A stretch of 62,884 nucleotides of DNA, filler included, from Rhabdomonas costata (Eukaryota), in NCBI GenBank assembly GCA_019059605.1. It is 25 parts of 25 records of this genome, joined end to end, with 100 filler letters (N's around TTAATTAATTAA, not from the genome) between each part and the next. Parts side by side here need not be neighbours in the genome. Positions count along the whole stretch, not along the records: positions 37,853 to 40,264 come from JAHMHO010003525.1; positions 40,365 to 42,779 come from JAHMHO010003526.1; positions 42,880 to 45,294 come from JAHMHO010003527.1; positions 45,395 to 47,808 come from JAHMHO010003528.1; positions 47,909 to 50,313 come from JAHMHO010003529.1; positions 50,414 to 52,827 come from JAHMHO010003530.1; 19 more parts are not named here. One strand, 5' to 3'. Positions 38,488 through 50,618 of this stretch are shown here, piece by piece. Position 1 is the stretch's first letter. The number at the start of each line of letters is the position of its first letter. The notes under the pieces were generated by a model. That model was not told the DNA's origin. It searched no databases and was given only the letters and a program-made list of their open reading frames with translations. The position numbers and the translations under genes are program-made.

Positions 38488-40067
38488 CTGCATCCTTCGG
38501 ATCTCCCGCAGCCACGAGTGCTCCGCGTGGTCCTCGTCAAGTTCCATCCGCGCAACCCGCTCCAGCCGTGCCGCCAACTTAAGCAGCGGCCGCGTGATCG
38601 CCAGGCTGAACACCACCGCGGCCAGCACAGCCGCACACAGGATCCCCGCCGCAATGCACACCGAGGTGATCACCCCAGTGCGGAAGTTGCGGTCGGAGAG
38701 GTCGTTGGTGGCCTGCGTCTGCTGCTGCATCGTGGACACCAGCGAGGAGATCTGAATACGGGAGGAAGGAGGCAGGGTGAAGACCACAGCCACTCCGACA
38801 TACACAGGGATCTTGCGGAAATCACACCATTGCGATTGGGGAGCACTCTGCAGGCAGGCCCACACCTTTTCTCATAAGAATTCCAGTGTTTGGGGCAAAG
38901 GGCTTTGAACAGGGCATTCAAAGCCCAATGCTCACCAAGGGAAGTGAAACGACTGAAAGGAATGACCGTGACGGCTGCAATTCGGACGTACAAAAAGGCG
39001 GACGCGCGTGAATTTGGGGCCGCACGGATTGGTTGAGAGCAAACCCAGTAAAGTCGAAAGGGGGCACATGCAGTAATGCATGTCAGGCGGAGATCACGAC
39101 GCCATGTATGGGAATTTGAGTTGACAGTGACAATGATGTCGGCCTCAAGGGAGTGTGTGTGTGTGTGTGTGAAGGAATCGGCAGCGTGGGGTCCTTCCAC
39201 CTGAGCGCTGGCCTGCTCCCCCGTCGCCTGCACATCCGCCGTCATCGCAGCAGACTGCCCCGCAATGCTCTGCCGCTGCTCCACAAAGCTGTCCAGCACC
39301 TTCCCAAGGTACAGCCGCACAGGCACCACCATCACGGCAATCCAGTTCAGGTTCAGCACAGTTACCGCCGAGGCCTGCACGAAGTACTCCAGGACCTGCC
39401 CCGTGGTGGTGTTGGTGAGGTTGGCCCGGTCCAGCGCACCAAAGCTTATGTTACCCCAGCCCCCGTACCGTCCCACGAGGAACTTCGCGGATTGGTTGAC
39501 AATCATCTCGGGGTACACCAGGACGTTCTCATAGGGGCGAGGCTGGGTGGCGGGCTGGAAAAACGAAGGAAAAACGTAAACACAAAGAAACTGTGATTCT
39601 CTCGCTCGACTCCATTTCAAGTTGCAGCTAAAGCCGTTACAGGCAGACGCACGGCCTGGGGGCAGGTTCTGAGTGCGGTATGGGAAAACGTGAAACGGGA
39701 AGAAATCGTAAGCAGAAAGTAGTCCTGATATCGTTCTCGCTCGACTGAACTTCGGCGTCGAGCTAAAGCCGTTACAGGCAGATGCATTGAATGGGTGAAG
39801 GTTCTGGGCACCGTTTTAAAAGGTTTCGAGTCTGAATGTACAGTAAAGAAAGGAAAATATTTGACAGAAAGCACTTCCAGCGTTCTTGCGCATCGCACTG
39901 CACACCCTCCACTCGCTGGGGTCAATGTGGCTGGCCGCCAGCAGCAGGCCCGTGCGGTCCACTAGGTACATCCGCTGCGAGGGCTGGCTGGCCACCAGGT
40001 CCTGCAGGAAGATCGCCATGGCGTCAAAGGGCACGTTGCGGGTGAAGAACCCCAGCAGGGTGAAATC
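38488..40067 (-). CDS. Receptor with Cache-like ectodomain, coiled stalk, TM helix and HAMP domain (receptor adenylate cyclase type), partial
   Basis: Exons 40067-~39914 (MYLVDRTGLLLAAS), 39554-39201 (LNWIAVMVVPVRLYLG) and 38751-38488 (TM followed by ITRPLLKLAARLERVARMELD...SWLREIRRMQ). Confidence 0.8.
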
Positions 40068-40611
40068 CTGAGAGGAACAACGGCGCAAGAGCCCGTGCAC
40101 GAGAAAAAGTGATACAGAAAATACCACCCTCCCGGAGGTCGTGTGAGTAGTTGTGAGTAGTTGAAATATTTCTCTCACTCCATACGAAAAGACCCTTGGA
40201 CAATCTTCCAACACAGACGGGCCACTTTTTCAAGGGCGAAACCAACCCAACCCACCCAACCAACNNNNNNNNNNNNNNNNNNNNNNNNNNNNNNNNNNNN
40301 NNNNNNNNTTAATTAATTAANNNNNNNNNNNNNNNNNNNNNNNNNNNNNNNNNNNNNNNNNNNNTTTTTTTTTTAGAGTTTTTATCCGCAACAAACTTTG
40401 TGAACCAAGAAATGCACTGTTAATTTAGCAATCGCTTTCAAAAAATTGCCAATTTGCGCTTGCTCAGCTTTGGTTTTTCATCATCTACGTACGGCGTGTT
40501 TCTCTTAAAGCCCTCTTGTTTCTCTTTGTGATGTTTCACGCACACAAACCGCAGCAGTGCATTAACTCGGGCGAGGGTACAGATGAAAATTGGAGGGTGA
40601 CGCTCGCATAC

Positions 40612-42442
40612 CACATTGTAGAACTCCCGCTTCCTCACCTCAAGCATCGCGGGGTACATCGTCATCACACTCTTCTGCAGCTCCCATGGCACGTGGTTCT
40701 CAACAATCAACGAGGCCAGCTGCCTTCTCCGCTGGTGTGCCCAAACATGGAAGGGGTCCTGATTGACGAAAAACTCCGCCAGCTTGGCTTCGATGGTGAC
40801 AGTCACAAGGAACCCCAGCACGCGAACGACGAAAACAAGGATCTGTGTGGTCATATTGTACGGCCGGATGTCGCCGTGTCCGTGGACGAAGTTCTGAAAG
40901 CCCCTAAAAAGACCACCACACGCACGACTGCTTTTTTTTTTCAAAAGATTGGAGGAATATAATCATCAAATGACCATTTCGGTGGAGGCATATAGCAATG
41001 AGGCAACATTTTCCGATCTGTTACGTCTGGCATACAAAGTGGGTTGCTAGCTTCTAATGAATCTCGCAAAGAACGCTGCGTCGCTAAGAGGGTCGGGGAT
41101 CCGGTACCGAAAGAGGAGGGAAGGGAAGCGGAAAGTCCGCAAATTGTCAAGGGGGCGAAAAAGGTGAGGAGGAGCGAAGAGGTCGACAAGTACCGCTGAA
41201 GGTTGTGCGAGCGTGTGCATATTTGAGGAAAGTTCCAGACTGCAGCCCACACATCCACATCCGATATTAAAAACGAGAATGCGCAAACGTTTCCAGACAA
41301 CAAAAATCTCCAATTCGCCAAGAGATATGATATGGGGTAAAGTGTCACAAAAACATACCCCAACCCTGAATGCGTGTCGAAGCATGCAGTATTGCGGATA
41401 AAAACTCTAAAAAAAAAAGTAAGATTGGGGTGCTGTATTGAGCAAACCAATTCATCGCTTGAAAGTACTGGTTCGGGAAGCCGAGGTCCTCACCTACCTT
41501 GGGCTCGTAAACCAGCATCCAGCTCACGGCAAGCACATGCATGAGCAAAAAGCTTATGGTGAAGAACCAGCCAACGATGACGATCCGGGGCCGACCAAGG
41601 ATCGGGTTGCGCCGGCGAAAGTAGCTCGGAACGCGCACCATATGCAGCAACCGCAACAAGCTCAGCAGAGCGAAGGGGTCGATGCCACGATGGAAACAAA
41701 TCTGACCAGGCTTGCCAAACCAAGGAAGGACAAACAAGTCGAGGGGGAGGCACATTACCAAATCCCATGCAAACCATGTCCGCAGGTACTTTTTTCGGCT
41801 CTCTTGTATGTTCTCAACAATCGTCCACTCCTTGATATGCACGGGGGTGAAAAAGTTCAGCACCAGCTCGACTATCAGTCCTAAAGTAGTGGAAGCGAAG
41901 AGCACCACAGTGTAGATTTCCATTGGGACACTGGTGCAAGGAGCGACCAAGCTCGCACTCACCATGAAGAATTCAAAGAAACTGTTGATCATCAGGAAGA
42001 AGTGCAACACCATCCGCGGGGTGGAGTCCATGTACATTATTGGAGGTGATGGCCGTTGGGGGTTTCGGTCATTGGGGTCGGGACCACCATCTCGACCCTC
42101 TGGAGCTGCAAGGGGCTGCTCGACAGGGGAGGCTACAATGCCTGACTCCGCGGTGGCCTGAATCCGCAAACTTCCTGCGGAAGTCTCGAGAATGGACGAC
42201 CCCGGCCCAATCCTGGTCAGCTCAGCGGGAACTGATTGCTCCTGGGCCACGGGTGACACGTGGATGTGGGGGGGATTGTTCGGAACATCTTTCGGACGGT
42301 GCAAGGGGTGGACTTCAGAGGCCGAAGGAACTGAATGGAACGGAGAAAGAGCCTCCACACGGGCAAGAAGCAGCTCCTGTCCTTTCAAGAGCTGGCTCAC
42401 CATCGTTGTAAGAGCGTCGATGCGGTTTTCCAAGTCGGCCAT
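40612..42442 (-). CDS. Six-TM voltage-gated/cyclic-nucleotide-binding-domain family (KCNH/HCN/CNG-like) cation channel, N-terminal part
   Basis: Exon 42442-41448 encodes LNFFT, KYLRTWFAWDLVMCLPLD, an S4-like LRLLHMVRV and S5 LLMHVLAVSW. Exon 40903-40612 encodes the pore GHGDIRP, S6 and a C-linker (VPWELQKSV). Confidence 0.87.
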
Positions 42443-43074
42443 TTCGTGTGACACAATGACAAACAGTAGAGGGAAAGGAAACTTCCTGGTAAGAATCAGG
42501 CTGATTGAATTGAAGGTGTAAAAGGAGAAAACTCAAGTCAGCAGAACAGGGAGCGTCCTTTGCCTTTAATTTTTGTGCGCCAACCACACCTCAAGGAAAA
42601 AAAAGTGCGATGAAAATGTCTTCAGATATAATCCGCATTACAATCTGAAAAGTGCACAAAGACATAATTCGGATTTCGAAGCCACAACAAGTGGGGAAAA
42701 TTTGCGCTGAGATTTGTTTGGTCGTTTTGTGCTGCGGTCTGTTTTGGGCATAAGTATCCACATGGCCCCCCCACCACACNNNNNNNNNNNNNNNNNNNNN
42801 NNNNNNNNNNNNNNNNNNNNNNNTTAATTAATTAANNNNNNNNNNNNNNNNNNNNNNNNNNNNNNNNNNNNNNNNNNNNTTTTTTTGTCATATTTTTTCT
42901 TGCTGTTTTGCCCCGCATTTCACCCTTGTTTGGACCTCTGTACTTAATGCTTTGTTTTTTTTCAGGTAATTGTTGTTTCCGTATAAAAAATCATCCAAAC
43001 TGAATTTTTGCCTAGGGGGAAGGGTAAGGCAGTGAATATCGAGTATCAACCCCATGCACACGCTGAGTCGGGTC

Positions 43075-43486
43075 CCATGGGTTCCTGAGGGTCCTCCAGA
43101 AGGGCTCTGCTGTTCCTGCTCACGGTGCAGGGCTATGCAGGCATCGGAGTGAATCTCGAAGACCCGCCACGGGATCTCTTCCTGGCACGTCGGGCACCGC
43201 TGGCTGAGCTGCAAGGAGTCCGATACGGGAGGGGTCTCCAGAGAAGGGGAGGAGGCCGAGAGGGGCTCCAGGCAGAGGCAGTGTGAGGTCCCACCGCAGC
43301 AGCAGCAGCAGCTCGAGGAAGATGAGGCCGAGGAAGAGGACTCGCTGTGACGGAAGGAGAGAGACAGAGAGGACCAGAGAGCCTGCCCTCCCCCACTCCC
43401 ACTTGTTTTCGGTATGGTTCCGCCGGACCGCTGTCGCGCGGTGAGCGTGCGCGCCGTTGGGGGGAGGGGGAGGTGCTGAGGACCTT
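43075..43486 (-). CDS. Exon(s) with UBZ4/Rad18-type zinc finger
   Basis: CPTCQEEIPWRVFEIHSDAC (CxxC-x11-H-x3-C) near 43137-43197. Confidence 0.6.
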
Positions 43487-44634
43487 GGGGAAGGCGCACA
43501 CTGCACAACCTTTGAGCATGAACTTTATTCGGAACAAAATTGAACATTATACATCAGCCGCCAAAAGATGGAAGTGACTGGCCTGGGGTGCCGTTTCCTG
43601 TTTCAGCTTAAGCCCCAGTGTGCCACTTCCGATTCTAAACCGTACCCGTCGAGTGTAGAGACGATGAAAATGCCCCTACGGGCATTCGATACGCATTTCG
43701 CATGGGTTGGGGGGTTACAGGGCGATGCGCGTTTCCCTCGAATTCCTCCGGGATGTGGGTACTTTCTGGGAGGCATTTATTATGGTGGTGGGGGTCGCGT
43801 ACCATAGTTAGGCAAACACACATACACACTACACATCCACACCCTCCCAGCCCCCAGTCCCCTAACCGTTGTTTGGCAGCAAACTCCGGCAGCCGAGCCC
43901 AGTCGTGCAAGGCACGGAACTCGCTCACGGGGTAGGTGCCAATCCCTACGAAAAGAGACCCGAAAAGAGCGAGACAGGAAAGAAAAAGGAAAAAAAAGGT
44001 AATTCCAAAGGACCTTCCTGAAAGCATTCAAGCAAACCCCTTGTCCAGAGTGATGAGCCACAAATGACGTGATTCCTAAGCATATTTGCCAAGAGAATGG
44101 ACGAGAAGGGGATGAGATAGGGGAAAGAATAAACTTGATCGGGGGAGGAGTAGATATCTCCACTGTGCACCCCTATTGCAATAGGGCTCCAGGAAAATGG
44201 AGCCAACTTACTGACTTCTTGTTGGAAACGCAGGTCTGGGGAAGCAGAATTGCAATCCCCAGCATTAAGATACACACGGCTTCGGTCTCTCTGATGTACC
44301 AGCTAACTTGGGATGGGTCCCAGTGAAAAATGAAAAGCACGGTGTTGCAGGGACACAGCCCATGTCAAGTACCTTGGTCGCCAGGACAAGGGTCACCCTC
44401 TCATCACTCTAAAAAATCAACCAATGAACAAACTCAAGAACGGACTTTCCGACACGATCACCTGGCGCATCACCTATGTGCACCTGATTCCAACACCTGA
44501 TCAACTACATGCGGTTCCATATCTCGTCCCAGAGGGATCCGACCATCCCTCCCACCAGGTAATCTGGTAATGTGCCAGTTGAAAGCGTGAGGGGGTAGTC
44601 ATTCGTCAGCTTGACCAAAGGCAACCTCACGCAC

Positions 44635-45105
44635 CAACTTCTTTTACAACCTCTTTTACTCTGTGCACTGAAAGGCGGTGAATGGGAGGCGGAGAGGCTG
44701 CTACCCCAATACTTCTCCCCGTAGGGCACGAAGACCTCCTCGCCATTTTGGATGTCTCGCGTGGCACACAGGAAGACATGCTCTGGGAGCTCATGAAACT
44801 CAACCTGTAAGCCCCCACCCAGCCCCCTGAAAAAGGAAGAAAGGACACAAACCGGAACAAAGAAAGACAAGAAAGGTTAGAAACTGGGGCAATTTGGAAG
44901 AGAACTCTAAATGTCGGGTGCCTTTCCCCTCCTTCTGCCACCGCTCAGGACGGTCATTGCATGTTCACATCCCTCGTGGCTCCCACCCGCATACCAGCTC
45001 GCAGTTCGCAAAGAGCGGGCCGGCGTCGTTGGCCAGGGGGGCGTAGGACCGGAGCTTCCCCGTCACCCCATCGGCGCCGTCAATGATGAACGCTGCAGTG
45101 CGCCC
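44635..45105 (-). CDS. SET-domain methyltransferase exons
   Basis: Exon 45105-44995 (IIDG...YAPLANDAGPLFANCEL) splices to 44804-~44635 (VFLCATRDIQNGEEVFVPYGEKYW). Confidence 0.85.
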
Positions 45106-45172
45106 CTGGGCACGATATATCCCATCCCCTTAGGGCCACACGGACGGAGGCAAGGGGAAATTCCGTGGGAAT

Positions 45173-45291
45173 GTGTGTTACAAAAATTAACCTCATTTTG
45201 TCCTTCTGGGGGGCGCCAATCGTCAGGGGTTTCCCCGGAAATGGATGGGGCCCCCCAGAAGGACAAAATGAGGTTAATTTTTGTAACACAC
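45173..45291. repeat. 42-bp perfect inverted repeat at contig end
   Basis: gtgtgttacaaaaattaacctcattttgtccttctggggggc (45173-45214) pairs with 45250-45291. Confidence 0.95.
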
Positions 45292-45394
45292 CCCNNNNNN
45301 NNNNNNNNNNNNNNNNNNNNNNNNNNNNNNNNNNNNNNTTAATTAATTAANNNNNNNNNNNNNNNNNNNNNNNNNNNNNNNNNNNNNNNNNNNN

Positions 45395-47753
45395 TTTTTT
45401 GGGTACTACGCCCCTTGGCAGGGGTGGACGGTGTACGGCTCGCTGGGGGCCTCGGGCACCTTCTCGGCGTACAACTCCGAGGATGTCGCCACCCCAGAGC
45501 TGCTCTCGATGCCGTGGACGGTGGGGATGAGCGGAACTGCCTCGATCCCAGCCAACACCACCGTTGAGGTGCAAGCAGTCTGCGCAGGCATGTCGGAGGA
45601 GGGAAGCAAGCGGAGTGGGGTGGTGGTGATTGGGAGGAGTTAGAGAAGGGAGAAATCCGCACAAAACGTGAACCATGGCGTGAAATGTAAGAAGGTAACC
45701 ATGCCTAACGCGGTTCACAGTGGTGTTTTTCTCTCTCAAGTGAGGAACTCCCTTTGGGTCCCCATTGGGGCTTGTGAGCTTGTTTGGTAACCCTTTGGCA
45801 CTTTCTCACCTCCCAGTTTTTGGTTGGCACGGGCCGACTCCAGGCACTTTGCGGCACACGAGTTCAGATGAGAGGGAATCGCCAGAAAACCGAGACATTC
45901 TCCACCTTAGCCAGCGCTCAGCGCACGATTTCACACGCAGATGACTTGCACCTGCTGCTGCCGTCCCCCTTCCCCGATGCAGGGTCGGCCCTGTTTTACA
46001 AATGTAAAAAAAAAGTGCGAACAAAAATTGCGTATTGTAAAAAAAATCCTGGATGACCGAGTGGGTGGAGCGGGGACCCTGAAAATCGCTAGCTTTGTAG
46101 CTGGTGCTCGCCCCCCCCCCCAATCCCCCGAGGAACAGTCCGTGGTGCCCTCTAATGCCTCCCAGGTCTTGTCAGGTTTTTCCCGGAACTGACTGCTCGG
46201 AAGGCGCAAGCCACCGCCACCGCTCCCATACATAGTCAGTGTTCTGAAGCATTTATCGCGTATGCTGTTTGTGTGTATGTATGTATGTATGTATGTGAGT
46301 GCGTGCGCGTGTGCTTCGCATCCATGCAATCCGTCTCATGTATCAGAACAAGCCTGCTCCTCGTGTGCCAAGGCCCGGCTCGACGCTCTGCTAGACAGTG
46401 CGAGAGATGCCTTCCGGGGCTTGGTGCAGCCCTTGGAGAACCGAACCCTCGCGGAGTCCTCCCGTCTGAAGGGCAGCGGGGTCCTCCGCCTCAATGCGAT
46501 CACGGCAATGCAGAACTTCAATAACACCATGATCACCGTGGAGCTGTTCTCTGACCTGCGGGACAGCTTGTACCTGACCTCGTCTACCTACACCCTGGTC
46601 ATGCATCCCTCGCTGAGGTTCGGTTGTGCCCCACGCTCACAGAGCTGGGTGCATGCCCAAATGAGTCGGACACCCTGCGAGCATACCGTCTTGCTGCCTC
46701 TTTTTATCTTTTTTCACCGCTTGTACAGTTCTAATCTTGCCCTCTCCCTTCTTTGCCCCCGCAGTCCCATTCGTTCGCATCTCTCCACCTCCCCTTCCCC
46801 TCGTCCTCGCCCCGTGTTAGCATTTGATCTGCAGCTTTGTGCTCGACGCTGGACATCCGTGTCTTACAAGTGAGGGTGTTGTAGGGAAGTGGTTAGGTGG
46901 TGTTGGCCACTGCTGCCTTCGGGAGGGAGGGGGGGGGGTGCTGCGCTCCAAGCCCTTTTCCTTTGTGCAGCAACCCCGGGCCCTCTGGGGTGAGCTGGCT
47001 CTTGCAGTCGGAGTACTTCCGGTTCAACTTCGACCTCCTCAGAAACGTCGCGGAGCCCATGGTGTACCTCACGGAGATCATGCCCAATGAGCACTACAAC
47101 GCCAGTGTGCTCCGGTACTACGTCGTGGACCAGGTCTCCGGCGCCAAGATGATGGTGATATTCCAGCAAACCATTCCCCTGGCCAACAACACTGGAAACA
47201 CAAGCCGCCCGGAGTTCTTTGCCTGGAGGAACGAGCTGGTGTGTATGTGTGTCTGGATCACGGACAGGCCTGTGCACATGCGCGAAGCCTCCCTCCCATC
47301 AGTGTCCCGCTTTCCCTAGAGCTTTTTCGGCTGCTTCCCTTTTTTTTTAGCTGAGCAGCATTCGTGAAACAGGGGCAGGCTCCTGACTGAATACCCTCAC
47401 TTTTCGCGTCTAGCCCGTCAGAACGTCAGTCGGGGGCGTTGCTCTGTGACCCTTATTTAATGGAAAAAGTATTTTGACTCCGCGGGTGTGCCTGTGCTGG
47501 AGCTGGACTACGGGGTCCCGGCCGAGGACCAGTCCACCTTTCACCTCCTCGCCAGCGGAACGAGCATCCAAAGCCTCAGCTCCACGCTGCGGGGCCTGCT
47601 CAGTGGGCTCAGGCAGAGGCTGTTTGCGTTCCTAGCCACCCCCGAAGGGACCCTCCTGGGGGCCTCCCATGGAAAGCTCTTCTCTCACAGCGATGTGAAC
47701 TACAGCGGCAACAATCCTTTCACCAACCCCCCACCGGTGGCCAACTTCCAGAG
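45395..47753 (+). CDS. Receptor ectodomain (Cache-like, many N-glycosylation sequons), partial
   Basis: In-phase exons 45395-45568, 46373-46617, 46971-47238 and ~47503-47753. The motif LSSTLRGLL...AFLATPEGTLLGASHG parallels MYLVDRTGLLLAASH in the 38488-40067 gene. Confidence 0.68.
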
Positions 47754-47908
47754 GTGCGTGGCACGATGAAGTGGGTGAGAGATTGTGGACGAGCATCTTC
47801 ACACCACCNNNNNNNNNNNNNNNNNNNNNNNNNNNNNNNNNNNNNNNNNNNNTTAATTAATTAANNNNNNNNNNNNNNNNNNNNNNNNNNNNNNNNNNNN
47901 NNNNNNNN

Positions 47909-50178
47909 CTGCGAGGCCCTCTCCACGGAAGTGGTGATGAGGCTGACCACGGAGTATTTCCAGAGCATGTGCAGCGTGATCGTGGCCAACGGGGGGACCC
48001 TGGACAAGGTGTCCTGGGCTTCTGGGCTTGCTCTTGCAGCGATTGTTTTTGCCATGTCGTCTCTGCGATCGTCGGCGTTTTTTCGGTCGGACATCTCTTC
48101 TGTACATTGCAAGGCCTTCCGTCCGTTTTATGCGTTTTCTTTGTGGTGCCGTTGTGAGGAGCTTCGAGCCCGTGCCAATGGATGATGCTCTGGGTTGGGT
48201 TGTAGTTCATTGGGGACTGCATCATGGCGATCTGGAACGCCCCCAAGAGTCTCCCGCACCACGAGCGGGCGGCTTGCCAGTCCGCGGTGCAGATGCAGAC
48301 CGCTCTGGTGGCGCTGTGCGAGCGGTGGGCCGAGGAGGGCATCCCGGAGATCCGGTCCCCGTGCTTGCTCATTCACTCCCGCCCCTCCGCCCGCGCCGCA
48401 TTCGTTCGGACGCAGGGCCGTTGCGAAGGATCCTTATTGTGGGACAAAACGCCGGTGCCGGTGTAAGAGGCTGTGGGGCTGCCCCTTTTGCGCAGTGGGC
48501 GTTGCACACTTTTCCCCAAATATCCACGCTCTGCAAAAGTAGTGGCAGGACGAAAGGCGTATTCCGTGAACGGTTTTTGGTGATAAACCAAGAATGACCC
48601 TTTTCTCTAAACGAGGGCCAAGGAGGGAATTAGGAGATCTACGTTTTGTGTGGGTCATCCTCTGACCTATCCAAAGGGACTTGCGCATTGCAAGGTCAGG
48701 TCCCCTGGAAACGAGAGAGTGACATAATCTCGGATCCAGGCTCGAGCTGGGCCACGAACTCCCGCACTACCACTTTTTCAGTCTTCCCACCTTCTCGTCA
48801 CTACGAAGAAAAATAAGAGAAATAGAGAAAGAGAGGGAGGAAAGGCTGGCCCGGTTGTGCGTTGAGTTATCCCGTCGGCTGTTGCACCCCACACACACAC
48901 ACACTCACACACACTCTCACACACAGCGGGCGTTGGCTGTGGGTTTCTTCCTCCCGCCTCACAGGTTTCGGATTGGCCTGAACACTTCCCGGGTGATGCT
49001 AGGGTGTGTCTGTCTCTCTGCCCTCCTCCCAACTCTCTGCTCTTGTTCTCCTCTCCTGTTTCTTCTCTCGTAACGTAAGAAATCATCGCTCATTTCCCCC
49101 TCTTCGAACTCCAGAAGGGAGCGTCTGCAGGCCCGTTGGCCTGCTGAAAGCGAACTGGAACTAGACTGCGAAACGTCGCAGCAGTTCTTCAATTCCGTTT
49201 TTTCTCTTACTGTCTTACAGGAACTACGGCTGCGAGTTCCGCGTCAACTATACAGTGCTGGGTATGCGTTTTAGTTTTACACAAGTGGGGATCGCGCGAC
49301 AAGATGCGGGGGCGGGTATTGTTATTTGGTTTTCTGGTGTCCAACGGGTTTCAAGTAAAAAGTAAACAGCTCCAAAGCACTGTTAAGGAATCACTGTGGT
49401 GCACACACCTGTGCGCACTTGTCATCAAAATCGCTACTATCAGTCTGCTTTCAGACCCAGCCAATTAAATTACGGGACAGAACGCAGGCCGTCTGATTGA
49501 TCGGTTTCCCCTTCTTTTTCCGGTAGCTTAGAGTCGCTACCTCTCCCCTGCAAGCGCAAAGTACCTACAACCTCTCGTGCCTCGTGACAATAGAATACCT
49601 TTGTCTCCAATCAGGCTGCATCTTCCAACCCCAATTTGCAAAACCCACACATCCCGCCTGCCTCGTGGAGCCTTCTGGGCCCTCCTTCCTATTGCAACGC
49701 ACACACGCAGGGGATGGAGTCAACCTTGCGGCCCGGCTTGAAGCAGCGAACAAGGTGGGTGGGTGGATGTGGGTGTGGGTGTTATTTACTGCAGCTGTAT
49801 GAGGTTCCAACAATTTTTGCCTAACTCCAGTTGTCACAGGGAGAACCTGTCACCCAACTGTAGACTCCAGTACCTCTTCTGGGGCGTTTTGCACACGCGC
49901 TCTCGCCATTCATAGGTCTCCAGGGGACTGGAAAGCGTTTCCCATTCTTTGTGTGCTGCAGGAGTTTGGCACGGTAGTGCTGGTGGCGGAGAACACCCAC
50001 CACAAGGCCGGCGGGCTGTTCCTGTTCCGCAAGGTAGGCACGGTGCGGGTCCCGGGCAAGGCCGAGCCCACGGCAGTATACGAGCTGCTGTGCGAGCGGA
50101 GCGTTGTCAGCGGGGTGCCCGAGGCCTACTCCACATTCACCGCCGACGAGTGCATCCAAGCCCTTAGAGTGATCCCAG
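47909..50178 (+). CDS. Class III adenylate cyclase catalytic domain, partial
   Basis: Exons 47909-48008 (GGTLDK), 48206-48354 (FIGDCIMAIWNAP), 48965-49003 (FRIGLNT), 49221-49261 (NYG..RVNYTVLG), 49711-49754 (DGVNLAARLEAANK) and 49962-50178 (VRVPGKAEPTAVYEL). Confidence 0.95.
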
Positions 50179-50618
50179 GCATGTGTGGGTATACCCTCGC
50201 GTATGCGCAACCGCTGAATAGTGTCTGGGGAAAGTCGCGCGATCAGGGGAACGGGTGGTGCCCGGATGATGGAAAAGAGGAATTGAAGTCTTTGCTCCCG
50301 TTGAACCTTTTGANNNNNNNNNNNNNNNNNNNNNNNNNNNNNNNNNNNNNNNNNNNNTTAATTAATTAANNNNNNNNNNNNNNNNNNNNNNNNNNNNNNN
50401 NNNNNNNNNNNNNGTTGTTGTTGCAAAGAAGGCGCGCACATGCCGAGCAAGGGAAGGGGAGTAGACATAGGTACGTTCTCTCCCTTTCTCGGCAGCAGGA
50501 ACAGAGAAAAAGGTTAGAGACGCCATCACAGAAAATTAGAGAACTATTCGTTGAGACATGTTGGCATCCTTCTCTGCAACGAGAGGGCACACATACACAC
50601 GACCGCGCGTACACATGC

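Noticed and set aside
45588-45593. Additional GC donor (cag|gcatgt)
   Set aside because: An upstream GT donor at 45569 already matches the phase of the next exon, so it was not counted.
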